A DNA stretch of 63,176 bases, the filler included, from Halorussus marinus (GTDB lineage: Archaea; Halobacteriota; Halobacteria; Halobacteriales; Haladaptataceae), in assembly GCF_004765795.1 (NCBI RefSeq). It is 4 parts of 4 records of this genome, joined end to end, with 100 filler letters (N's around TTAATTAATTAA, not from the genome) between each part and the next. Parts side by side here need not be neighbours in the genome. Positions count along the whole stretch, not along the records: positions 1 to 27,602 come from NZ_SBIV01000015.1; 3 more parts are not named here. One strand, written 5' to 3'. Within the stretch, counting starts at the first letter, position 1. Each line of letters begins with the position of its first letter. The notes below the pieces were generated by a model that was given only the letters and a program-made list of their open reading frames with translations, made no database searches and had not been told where the DNA came from. Below are positions 9,845 through 18,870 of the stretch, piece by piece. Position numbers and translations under genes: made by a program.

Positions 9845-11339
9845 CTCAGATACGAACACCGGGGCAAGCGAAGAGGTACACATAGAGTCAGGTCCAGGGT
9901 CGAGGCTTCGTCATTGGGTCGTCTCGAACACGAAGCTCAGACTCTTCGTACAGTTTGTACTCTGGGTCTCGATACTGACGCTGTTTACCGAAACAGTCGC
10001 TGCCGGTAACGGGATGACGCTCTCGAAGCAGCCTCGGGATACCCTTGCCGTTCCCCGATGGCTGTATCTTGCCACTGGCGGCGCCACGATCGGCGCCTCT
10101 GCCCTACTTGCGAGCTTCGTTACTGATCGAGCCTTTATCCGCTATCTCCACAACTGGTCACTCCCCGGTCCGACGGTCGACGACTGGTGGACACCGATTC
10201 GATGGATCGGACGTAGTTTTGGGATTGTCGTCCTTGGACTGGCAGTGTATCTCGGACTGACCGGACCGCAGCTCCCGACAGCAAGCTTCACCATTCTCGT
10301 CACATTTGTCGTCGTTCGAGCGGGCTTGCCGATGCTTACGTATCTTGGAGGGAACGTTTGGCCAGCACTGAACCCCTGGCGAGGGATCGTCTCGCTTCTC
10401 CCAGCTGGACACAGAACGTATCCAAGAGAATTAGCCCGATGGCCAGCTGTCGGTGGCCTATTACTCCTTGTGTGGATTGAGGTGATTTTCCCTGTCAGCA
10501 CGATTCCGTCAATTCTTTCGCTTGCGATCCTCGGCTACAGTGCCGTCACAATCGCAGGCGCAGTACTCTTCGGTCCTGACGCGTGGTTCGAGAACGCAGA
10601 TCCGTTATCCGTCCTGTTCCGATTTTTCGGGGCTGTCGCCCCTGTAAAACGGCGGGACGGGAAGCTCACTGTAAAACTGCCCGGTAGCGACCTGACTGAC
10701 TCAGACTTAATCACGGACACCTCCGATGTTGCGTTCGTCATTGCGCTGATTTGGGAGCTCACGTACAGCGGCTTCATCACGACGCAGACGGGCGCAGCAA
10801 CTACCGAGGCACTCGTCAGCCTCTCCAATATTGGAGTGGGAGCCGTACAGATTCGTGCGATCCTCATCTACACACTCCTTTTCGTCAGTGGCTACGTCGT
10901 TTTCTTCGCCGCGTATTGGTATGCGGGCGTACTCTCTCGGCGACGGACCGGGACATACATCACAGCGAAACGTATCGCCTTTCGGTTTGCACCCTCGCTA
11001 TTGGCCATCGCAGCGGGATATCACCTCGCCCACTACACCGGACTGGCTGTATCCCTCAGTCCGGCTCTAGGCATGGCAATTCTCTCTCCACTGTCGCCCC
11101 CAGCGAATCCCCTGACATTGTCTCCACCTGGGTGGTTCGAGGGTTTGAGTATCGCCTACGTGCTCATCGGGCATCTCCTCGCTATCTGGGCAGCGCACGC
11201 GACCGCCTACGAACTCTTCTCGAGTCGTCTCGTCGCAATCCGGAGCCAGTACCCGTTCATCGGTGTGATGATCGGGTACACCGTTATTAGCCTCTGGATT
11301 CTCTCACTTCCAGGAGCGACGCCCCCATATCTACCCTGA
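9828..11339 (+). CDS. Polytopic membrane protein, distantly NapH/FtrD-like (start uncertain)
   Basis: About 10 TM segments; GNVWPALNPW, DPLSVLFRFFGAVAP, AAGYHLAHY, GHLLAIWAAH motifs. Confidence 0.8.
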   Translation: MLSLPDSDTNTGASEEVHIESGPGSRLRHWVVSNTKLRLFVQFVLWVSILTLFTETVAAGNGMTLSKQPRDTLAVPRWLYLATGGATIGASALLASFVTDRAFIRYLHNWSLPGPTVDDWWTPIRWIGRSFGIVVLGLAVYLGLTGPQLPTASFTILVTFVVVRAGLPMLTYLGGNVWPALNPWRGIVSLLPAGHRTYPRELARWPAVGGLLLLVWIEVIFPVSTIPSILSLAILGYSAVTIAGAVLFGPDAWFENADPLSVLFRFFGAVAPVKRRDGKLTVKLPGSDLTDSDLITDTSDVAFVIALIWELTYSGFITTQTGAATTEALVSLSNIGVGAVQIRAILIYTLLFVSGYVVFFAAYWYAGVLSRRRTGTYITAKRIAFRFAPSLLAIAAGYHLAHYTGLAVSLSPALGMAILSPLSPPANPLTLSPPGWFEGLSIAYVLIGHLLAIWAAHATAYELFSSRLVAIRSQYPFIGVMIGYTVISLWILSLPGATPPYLP

Positions 11340-11399
11340 TTCTGGTGGTTTCGAGAGAACAACGGATCGCACACTAAGGTCAGAACTCAACCAGAAAGA

Positions 11400-12470
11400 T
11401 CACTCGGCAGTGAACTCAATCGGGTCCATGTCGAGAAACGCGGTTTCGTAGCCGTCGTGGCGCGCCAGTTGGGGTGGTGTCTCTACAGTGATTCTGACCG
11501 TATCGCCAGTCTTGAGTTCATCAATACCCATCCCATAGAAACTCCCGAGGTCAGGATCAAGGGACGCTTGGAGTGTCCCTTGTGTGATTGTATCCCCTCC
11601 ACGGTCGAGTGTTGCTGAAAGAGCCATCCTCGGGAGCATCACGCGATTGTAGGGTGTGCGTGGAGAAACGATTAGGAAGGGTCCTTCAGTATCACTAAAC
11701 CGATGGTCACCGTCAACGAGAGCAACCAGCATCGTTGCGTCACCGGATTGCCCTTCGTGGAGTAGTCGACCGGGAAGCTCGGATTTTGTCGGCACGACCG
11801 GTTCAGGAATCATTTCCATATCCATTAGATCGACTGTCCCACGGGTGCCTGCTTTGTCCCCTAACCGGCGAATCTCCAAATTGTACGTCTCATCCGTATC
11901 GAACGTGAACTGCATCGTGGCAGACTGTCCCTCTGTAAATCGCCCGTTGAATGGACTCGTACGAGCTGTCTGCAACGGGCCAACCTGGAGCGTCACATCG
12001 TACTGTCCTTCCCCCGGGAGAGCGATATTGTCGCCGTAGTGGAACCCCATATTCGGCGAGATCATCGGCCAGAGGTTGGTCGAGGACACTCGACCGTCGC
12101 TGTTACTGATTTCGACAGAGACGTCGACCGGGAGGATCGTCTCCGTCTCGGTGTCCCAGACACTCGCCATCAGATGCACCGAATCATCCGACTGAACGAC
12201 GACTTTCGTCTTTCGTGAGCCAGTGAGGTTCCAGAAACGGTGCGGGAAGGAGTGCATCAGTGCAAATCCGAGACTGCCTGCCGTCGTCGTTCCGTACATT
12301 CCCATCCCTTCGATGATTGCCGGATAGTAGACCGCGTCAGGTCGATCCTCCACGATCGGTGGATCACGCCATGCAGACTGCGTCTCGAATCCGAGCCGCC
12401 CCAGGCAACCAGACAGTACCAGGCCCCCCGAGAGAGCAGTCCCCTGTTTGAGAAACGTTCTCCGATTCAT
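11400..12470 (-). CDS. Tat lipoprotein with P19/FetP/Tp34-like iron-binding domain (paralog 2)
   Basis: NRRTFLK twin-Arg, LSGC lipobox, VHLM and WPMISPNMGFHYGDN..LPGEGQY motifs. Confidence 0.85.
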   Translation of the reverse strand: MNRRTFLKQGTALSGGLVLSGCLGRLGFETQSAWRDPPIVEDRPDAVYYPAIIEGMGMYGTTTAGSLGFALMHSFPHRFWNLTGSRKTKVVVQSDDSVHLMASVWDTETETILPVDVSVEISNSDGRVSSTNLWPMISPNMGFHYGDNIALPGEGQYDVTLQVGPLQTARTSPFNGRFTEGQSATMQFTFDTDETYNLEIRRLGDKAGTRGTVDLMDMEMIPEPVVPTKSELPGRLLHEGQSGDATMLVALVDGDHRFSDTEGPFLIVSPRTPYNRVMLPRMALSATLDRGGDTITQGTLQASLDPDLGSFYGMGIDELKTGDTVRITVETPPQLARHDGYETAFLDMDPIEFTAE

Positions 12471-12572
12471 GTTCTCCTCTGAGATACTATGTTTGGTAGA
12501 TTCATTGAGTCGACCTCGCTGTCGTCAACCGGGGGTTTCTGTAACTGCCAGCCTCGGCCATTCTGTGACTGT

Positions 12573-12659
12573 CTACGCTAAGCGAACGACGAATCCGGTG
12601 AGTACCAGGAGTGAGACAACGCCAAGTAACGTCGCCAGTAGGAGGTGCTTCTCTTCCAT
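12573..12659 (-). CDS. 28-aa single-TM micro-protein (not in ORF track)
   Basis: MEEKHLLLATLLGVVSLLVLTGFVVRLA*, co-oriented between the two lipoprotein genes. Confidence 0.5.
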   Translation of the reverse strand: MEEKHLLLATLLGVVSLLVLTGFVVRLA

Positions 12660-12699
12660 AGATTTGGCTTCGGTTGGAATTCTAAAGACACCTTTGGAA

Positions 12700-13761
12700 C
12701 TACAACGTCACCTGCACATCTGGCATATCAACGAAGGCTGTCTCGTATCCTTCATGGCGAGCTGTTTGTGGGGGCGAATCGACCGTGATCGTCAGCTCAT
12801 CTCCCGTCTGTACATCTGCGACCGTCGCTCCGTAGTGATAGCGGAGCTCTGGATCGATGGTTGCCTGTAGAATTCCGTCGAACACTGACATCCCGTCACG
12901 GTGCAGTGTTCCCGAAAGCGACATCATCGGCAGCATCGTTCGATTGTAGGGTGTGCGCGGAGAAACAGCGAGATACCTCTGCTCCTCGTCCCCACCGAAA
13001 CGTGACGCGTCTTCGAGGATCGTAACCACGAACTTCGCGTCCCCACTCGTCCCCGAGCCACGAACGTCCCCCGGGAGCGCGTCCGGTGTCGGCACTTGCG
13101 AACTCGGTAACATCTCCATGTCCATCAGGTCGACAGCACCCTTCGTGCCTTCTCTGTCGTCGGGAATGTCCGTATACGAGATCTCGTTGAGCGTCGATTC
13201 GCTGAATTCGAACTCGAACGTGAACGAGGCGTTCCCCTGATTCTCGGCCAGCGACCCCGTCCGTCGCGTCGACGGCCCGCCGATGCTGACCTCGACAGTG
13301 TATGTGCCGTCGCCCTGGAGCTGTGCGTTATCGCCGAAGTGAAACCCCATCGGCTGGGAGAGCATCGGCCACGGTGCGAACTGGTCGACCTGCTCGCCGT
13401 CCTGTGTAATCGTGAGCTGTGGATTGATATCGGGTGGGATGATCCCCGTCTGTGTCTCCCAAACGACCGGCATCAGGTGAATCGAATCTTCGGATTGAAT
13501 CTCGACCTTCGTGATCCCATTCGGCTTCATCAGCCAGAACCGGTGCGCATACGAGTACGTGAGCGCACAACTGTACCCGCCCTGTTCCTTCATTCCGGGC
13601 ATTTTCATGCCCTCGTAGTGGGTCGGATAGTAGACTGCGTCCGGGCGGTTCTCGGGGAGCGGTGGTGCCCGCGCTGACCGCGTCTCAAACAGGCCGGTAC
13701 ACCCCGCGAGCCCCACGAGTGACGTGCCCCCGACCGCCCGAAGCACGTCACGACGATTCAT
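12700..13761 (-). CDS. Tat lipoprotein with P19/FetP/Tp34-like iron-binding domain (paralog 1)
   Basis: NRRDVL, LAGC lipobox, IHLM and WPMLSQPMGFHFGDN; colinear similarity with 11400-12470 (SPRTPYNR, ARHxGYETAF). Confidence 0.85.
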   Translation of the reverse strand: MNRRDVLRAVGGTSLVGLAGCTGLFETRSARAPPLPENRPDAVYYPTHYEGMKMPGMKEQGGYSCALTYSYAHRFWLMKPNGITKVEIQSEDSIHLMPVVWETQTGIIPPDINPQLTITQDGEQVDQFAPWPMLSQPMGFHFGDNAQLQGDGTYTVEVSIGGPSTRRTGSLAENQGNASFTFEFEFSESTLNEISYTDIPDDREGTKGAVDLMDMEMLPSSQVPTPDALPGDVRGSGTSGDAKFVVTILEDASRFGGDEEQRYLAVSPRTPYNRTMLPMMSLSGTLHRDGMSVFDGILQATIDPELRYHYGATVADVQTGDELTITVDSPPQTARHEGYETAFVDMPDVQVTL

Positions 13762-15055
13762 GCGTCACCTCCTGTGCGTTCTCGACCGGTCGCGCAGGCG
13801 GCAGCGAACGCAACGACCGTGGGGGGACGAGGAAATTACCGCGACGCTCCGTTCGGATGTACTGCAGGATGCCGTTGTTGTTTCGCTGACCGACGGCCGA
13901 CTGCTCGGTGACGTCAGTGCCATTCATCGCTTCTCTCGTGTCGACGAAGTCGGTGATCCGTCGCTGGAGCGCAAGGAAGTGGAGGCTGGCGGTTTCACCG
14001 TCGGTAGAATCGAAGTCGCGCCGAAGGATGAGAGGCGAGTCATCGTCATCGCGAGCGCGGGCGGATTTCTGGGAGTGACCGACGACGCCCATCTCGCGGG
14101 CCGTCTCATCCGTTGGCTGACAGTCGTCGATTTTGCTGCTGGTTCCGAGATTGTCTCCAGCGCCCTCGATTACGTCGTTCTCGGCGTGGTACGGACAGAA
14201 CATCTTCGCCTCACGCTGCCAGCGATCGTCCTGATTGTACCACTGATTGAGATTGAGCTGGAGCTTGGAGATGTGCTGGGTCGTTCCACCGGCGAACGGC
14301 CCCGACTGGATTGTCACGCGATCTTCACTGGCCTGGTTCTTTTTGAATCCCGATTTGAATCCCATAAACAGCGGCGCGTCCTCTGGGACCTTATCTGCCG
14401 GAACACCCTCTGCATCGTCAGCATTCTCCGCCGGCAACCCGTCCCCAATAAAGCCCGTCCGCCGGTCGGCGATTGAGAAAACATCGGTCAGTGTAGCGTC
14501 AGGCTGATCGACACCGTTGAGGGTTGATTTGTTCCCTTTGAGGGCTTCTTCGGCACCGAGCACCACCTGTGCCGTGTTACTCGCGAGATGGACGACTGCA
14601 TCGGGCGTATCGAACTCGGGATCCTCAAACGGCGCAAGTGCTTCTGGATCAGGGAGGTCAACGTCTTCGGGAAGCGATTCGTCGAATCGGTCGAAGTATG
14701 CCGGAGAATAACTCACCGTGAGCAATAACCCGCCCCCGCTTCGCTCGTAGGCGTGTTCGATCCCACGGAGAGCTGTTTCAACTTGGTCACGGTCGTCTTC
14801 GTTCGGGGGCCCGTCTCGTCGGTAATTTAGATAGAGGAGCACACGATGGCTCGGAGCGACGACGTTCCCGTGGTCGTCCCGTGGGAGGGCCTCATTCCAA
14901 GCGTGCTGACGTTGTGGATACGACGAGAGATCATCCGGCCCTGTTGGGACGTCAACATCTTCACGGCCTAAACAGGCACTGAATGCCGCTGCGCCTCCGA
15001 TAGCGACGGCCGACTTGAGGAATTCTCTGCGAGGGATACCTCTCTCATCAGTCAT
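13748..15055 (-). CDS. Tat-exported DyP/EfeB-like heme protein
   Basis: RREFLK + FSAC lipobox; LFMGFKSG at the DyP GxxDG position, FAGGT, GHSQK (proximal His), ILRRDF (distal Arg), YIRTERRGNFLVPP. Confidence 0.75.
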   Translation of the reverse strand: MTDERGIPRREFLKSAVAIGGAAAFSACLGREDVDVPTGPDDLSSYPQRQHAWNEALPRDDHGNVVAPSHRVLLYLNYRRDGPPNEDDRDQVETALRGIEHAYERSGGGLLLTVSYSPAYFDRFDESLPEDVDLPDPEALAPFEDPEFDTPDAVVHLASNTAQVVLGAEEALKGNKSTLNGVDQPDATLTDVFSIADRRTGFIGDGLPAENADDAEGVPADKVPEDAPLFMGFKSGFKKNQASEDRVTIQSGPFAGGTTQHISKLQLNLNQWYNQDDRWQREAKMFCPYHAENDVIEGAGDNLGTSSKIDDCQPTDETAREMGVVGHSQKSARARDDDDSPLILRRDFDSTDGETASLHFLALQRRITDFVDTREAMNGTDVTEQSAVGQRNNNGILQYIRTERRGNFLVPPRSLRSLPPARPVENAQEVTHESS

Positions 15056-15131
15056 TGACGACAGTTAGGAAGCCAACGGAAAAGGCGGTTCTGGTAGAGT
15101 TCTTGAATCCCCGCTCAAGGTCGGTAGTAGA

Positions 15132-15719
15132 CTATCTGGTGATGAGCTTCTTCACCAAGTTCCACCCGATAAATCGGGGGGCCCGCTTGCGGTATTGCTC
15201 GTATTCCTGGCCATACTGCTCTCGCAGCCACGGTTCTTCGGCAAACGGGAACAGTGCGTACACGAGGATGGTCAAGATGCCGTGTACAGCCAGTTTCCGG
15301 GAGTTCACTGCAATGATCGCGCCGACGATGAACGTAATGAATCCCACGCTCTGAGGGTTGCGCGTGTACTGGTAGATACCGTTCGTCCGAAGTTCCCCTT
15401 CTCTTCCACTGCTTTCCATCCACCCAAGTTCGAAGAGTGCTGAGAGGGCAAATCCCATCCCGAGTGCGGCGATACCGCTACCCGTGAGTTTGCTCCAACG
15501 TTCGGTGAAAATGAAGGAGTCCCGATCGAGCGCGCCCAGCACGGGAAACCCAGCGAACACGACGGAGAGCGCTGACCAATTGAACCACCACCGCCAAGAG
15601 CTGTCACCGATGGGCCACACTCGACGGTCAGGATGAACCGCACTGATGGCGTACCCGAGAATCAGCGTGACATCCGCGACGACCGCCGTCAGGAGCGCAC
15701 GATCTGAGAACGAGGACAT
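15132..15719 (-). CDS. Isoprenylcysteine-carboxyl/phospholipid methyltransferase family protein
   Basis: LRTNGIYQYTRNPQ and EEPWLREQYGQEYEQYRKRAPRF motifs. Confidence 0.88.
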   Translation of the reverse strand: MSSFSDRALLTAVVADVTLILGYAISAVHPDRRVWPIGDSSWRWWFNWSALSVVFAGFPVLGALDRDSFIFTERWSKLTGSGIAALGMGFALSALFELGWMESSGREGELRTNGIYQYTRNPQSVGFITFIVGAIIAVNSRKLAVHGILTILVYALFPFAEEPWLREQYGQEYEQYRKRAPRFIGWNLVKKLITR

Positions 15720-15889
15720 ACGTGTATGTCGTGATAGTGAAGGACAAAAAAGTGAGACAATCTTGGGTTCGCATCTGGGTACTGCTCCCTCTGAAGAGGT
15801 TTGGAACCACCAACCACTCTCTACAATTCTAACATCCGGAGTAACTCGAATCGACGTTCTCAGGTAACTGCGTTTCAAATTCAGCCCAC

Positions 15890-16228
15890 ATGGCGGGATT
15901 TGTCCCACTCCATAGCGGGTTTACCGGTTCGCAGTCCCTTCCGTTGCTCGTGGTGATCACCGCCGCGGCTGCGGGTACAGCGGTACTTCTGGGACTTGCG
16001 ATCGGCGCGTTCGTTCAACGCCAATCCCGTCCATATCTGTTAATCGTCGCTGCATTGGCTGCCCTTCTTGGACGCTCTGCGGTTGCGGGGATCTCCATCG
16101 TAGGCCTGTTTTCACAAGCCGAGCATCACCTCCTCGAACACGGGCTTGATGTCATTCTTGTAGCGCTCGTTATTGCTGCAGTCTATCACTCCCGAACCAT
16201 TTCGAACGAGACCAACTTCGATACATGA
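15890..16228 (+). CDS. 3-TM membrane protein with HHLLEH motif
   Basis: Hydrophobic helices, RQSRPYLL and EHHLLEHGLD; coupled to the HTH gene. Confidence 0.8.
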   Translation: MAGFVPLHSGFTGSQSLPLLVVITAAAAGTAVLLGLAIGAFVQRQSRPYLLIVAALAALLGRSAVAGISIVGLFSQAEHHLLEHGLDVILVALVIAAVYHSRTISNETNFDT

Positions 16229-16743
16229 CACACCAACGTGACCGAATTCACGAGTATATTGCCACCCACCCTGGAGAACACTTCAACGCGCTCACGCGGA
16301 GACTCGACCTCGCACCAGGACAGGTACAGTACCATCTCAGGAAACTCCAGAATCAAGAGAGAGTGGTCAACCTACCTCTCTATGGCCGGACCCACTATTA
16401 CACACCGGAATATGATGCGTGGGAGCGGGGAGCAATCGCTGTCCTTCGCCGGGAAACAGCACGCGACATCTTATTCTGTGTTCTCGAACAGGGAACATCC
16501 AGCCCGAACGCTGTCACAGAGTCCCTCGGGATTGCTCGGGGAACCCTTGAGTGGCACTTGGATCATTTGACGGAACAGAATCTCATCGAGAAACACCGAG
16601 ATGTCAATAATCACGTGACGCTGGTCGCAGCCGAGCGGACTGAGACCGCTCGCCTCCTCGAAGAGATCTCCCCCTCGCTGTCCGATCGGATGATCGACCG
16701 GTTCACCCGCCTCGTCGATAACCTATTGGCGGATGGATCGTAA
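16225..16743 (+). CDS. Double winged-helix transcriptional regulator
   Basis: HPGEHFNAL..GQVQYHL and a second HTH GIARGTLEWHL. Confidence 0.88.
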   Translation: MTHQRDRIHEYIATHPGEHFNALTRRLDLAPGQVQYHLRKLQNQERVVNLPLYGRTHYYTPEYDAWERGAIAVLRRETARDILFCVLEQGTSSPNAVTESLGIARGTLEWHLDHLTEQNLIEKHRDVNNHVTLVAAERTETARLLEEISPSLSDRMIDRFTRLVDNLLADGS

Positions 16744-16814
16744 CGAGCCCTCGGATGTATTTCGTTGAAACGAGAACTTGATTGTTCGATTACTGCACCC
16801 ACTTGGATAGAACG

Positions 16815-17108
16815 CTATGCAGTCCCTGAGTCCACGGTTCCCAGATACTGGGTTTCCCACTCACGACGTGCCTCTATTTCACGCTGACCGCGCTGTGTAA
16901 CTGTGTATACGTTCGTCCGCCTGTCGAGTTCACCCTTCTCGAGCAGTCCTTTGTCGACGAGGTCGTCGAGATTCGGATAGAGGCGCCCGTGGTTGATCTC
17001 CTGTTCGTAGTAGTCGTCGAGTTCGTCTTTGATTGCGAGCCCGTGTGGTTCCTTGAGCCCGGCCGTTACATACAAGATGTCCCGCTGGAACCCAGTTAGA
17101 TCGTGCAT
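16815..17108 (-). CDS. PadR-family regulator
   Basis: MHDLTGFQRD..PHGLAIK..NHGRLYPNLDDL..DRRTNVY. Confidence 0.92.
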   Translation of the reverse strand: MHDLTGFQRDILYVTAGLKEPHGLAIKDELDDYYEQEINHGRLYPNLDDLVDKGLLEKGELDRRTNVYTVTQRGQREIEARREWETQYLGTVDSGTA

Positions 17109-17241
17109 CCGTCTGTTCTCTATTTTGAGGGGTGGCATATGTTCTCTCTGGTACCCCGAGGCGATTTTGGCTTGACTGGGTCGGGATATCGCGTGAAAAC
17201 TTCGAACCTTTATATAGTGGACAGGTGAATTCCGCGATGGA

Positions 17242-17409
17242 ATGTCTGACCTAATCGTCAAAGCAGCCGTGAAGGACGCACTCTCGGACAACAACGTCTC
17301 GGCAGATTTCTACGACACGCTCAACGAGGAGGTCGCCGAACTGCTCGACGACGCCGCAGAGCGTGCCGAGTCCAACGACCGGAAGACGGTCCAGCCCCGC
17401 GACCTGTAG
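17242..17409 (+). CDS. 55-aa single histone-fold protein (DUF1931-like; not in ORF track)
   Basis: MSDLIVKAAVKDAL...AAERAESNDRKTVQPRDL* with the histone RKTVxxxD motif; TTTATATA box at 17209-17216. Confidence 0.9.
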   Translation: MSDLIVKAAVKDALSDNNVSADFYDTLNEEVAELLDDAAERAESNDRKTVQPRDL

Positions 17410-17484
17410 GCCTGCGTAACGCAGCCAAGCCCGTCACTCGAACGTAGCTTTTTGAGGTTCCTGTACAGAAGTTAGGAAACGAAG

Positions 17485-18537
17485 ATGGCGGACGCACCGG
17501 ATACTGAACGGCAGGCGGTCGAGCCTGAGGCAGGAGACGTCCTCAGCGTGTCACAGCTGAACGACCGAATCGCCTCGGTCGTCGAGGATGCGCCTGCCCT
17601 CGACGGTGTCCGCTGTATTGGCGAAGTCACGGATCTCCATCAGAACAGTACAGCGCTCTACTTCACGCTTACCGATGGCGACGCCGAGCTCCCCTGTATG
17701 ATCTGGGCAAACCGCTATCGGAAGATGGACGCCGAGCTCGAGGACGGGACTGAGGTCATCCTGGAAGGCGATATCGACTACTGGACTGAAGGCGGGAAAA
17801 TCGACCTCAAGCCGTGGGAAGTGATCGTCGTCGGCGACGGCGACCAAGCGGCCGCGGTCGAGCGACTGCGCAGCGAGCTCGAAGAGCGTGGCTGGTTCGA
17901 CGACGAGCAGAAACAGCGCCCGCCAGCGTTTCCGGAACGGGTCGGTGTTGTGACCTCACTCCGAGGGGATGCTCGGTACGACATCCAGAGCGCGATCCAC
18001 GAGCAAGACCCTACAGTCGACATCCTGGTGAAGGATGCGACCGTCCAAGGGTCAGAGGCACCGACGTCTATCGCGAACGGGATTCACCATCTGGACCGCT
18101 CCGAGGACGTCGATTCAATTATCGTCGGCCGCGGCGGTGGGAGCGATTCGAACCTTCAGGCGTTCAACACCGAGCGGGTCGCGGAAGCGATCTTCACCGC
18201 GAACACCCCGATCGTCACGGCAATTGGCCATACTGACGACCGGCTAATCGCGGATCGGGTAGCGGATATGGCCGCGATCACACCGACAGCGGCCGGCGAG
18301 TACATCGCGAAGTCTCGGAATGACTTCCTGGCTAGCGACATTGGCCCGCTTGAGCAACAGCTTGAGGCCGCGTACGAGACCTTTGAACAGGAGCACGAAC
18401 ACGAACAGGAACTGGCCGAGGCAGTCGAAGAGGCGACCGCGCCTGAGGGCCTGTCGCCAGTTTACTACAAGGTTGCAATTGTCGTGCTCCTAGTGCTGTT
18501 GCTGCTCATTACTGCACTCTGGCTGGGGGTGATCTAA
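17485..18537 (+). CDS. xseA: Exodeoxyribonuclease VII large subunit with C-terminal TM helix
   Basis: LSVSQLN, GEV..LYFTL OB fold, GVVTS, VQG, RGGGS..L..FN, AIGHTDD, TPTAA. Confidence 0.93.
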   Translation: MADAPDTERQAVEPEAGDVLSVSQLNDRIASVVEDAPALDGVRCIGEVTDLHQNSTALYFTLTDGDAELPCMIWANRYRKMDAELEDGTEVILEGDIDYWTEGGKIDLKPWEVIVVGDGDQAAAVERLRSELEERGWFDDEQKQRPPAFPERVGVVTSLRGDARYDIQSAIHEQDPTVDILVKDATVQGSEAPTSIANGIHHLDRSEDVDSIIVGRGGGSDSNLQAFNTERVAEAIFTANTPIVTAIGHTDDRLIADRVADMAAITPTAAGEYIAKSRNDFLASDIGPLEQQLEAAYETFEQEHEHEQELAEAVEEATAPEGLSPVYYKVAIVVLLVLLLLITALWLGVI

Positions 18538-18540
18538 TCG

Positions 18541-18723
18541 ATGGCAAAAGACACGGACATCAGGAGTCGGATGAACCGAATCGAAGAGATTATCGACCAA
18601 CTCGACGCGGATGAGGTGTCACTTGATGAAGGGAGTGAGCTGTACGAGGAAGGGCAGGAGTTACTAACTGAAATCCGCGAGCGACTCCACGAAGGCCAGG
18701 GCGAGGTCATCGAGATCAAATGA
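18541..18723 (+). CDS. xseB: Exodeoxyribonuclease VII small subunit
   Basis: RIEEIIDQL....SLDE...LYEEG; 3 nt after xseA. Confidence 0.92.
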   Translation: MAKDTDIRSRMNRIEEIIDQLDADEVSLDEGSELYEEGQELLTEIRERLHEGQGEVIEIK

Positions 18724-18870
18724 GGAACGGCAGCGGTATCGACTGTCTCTCCGCGTTAACCAACAGCCTGCCGTTGTTCACGAGCTTGTTGGTTAAGGTC
18801 GCTAGCCACGGTTACCCTTCAGGCTTATCTGCGATGTCCTCCCATTTCGAACCGTTCGACGGTAGTTCCA

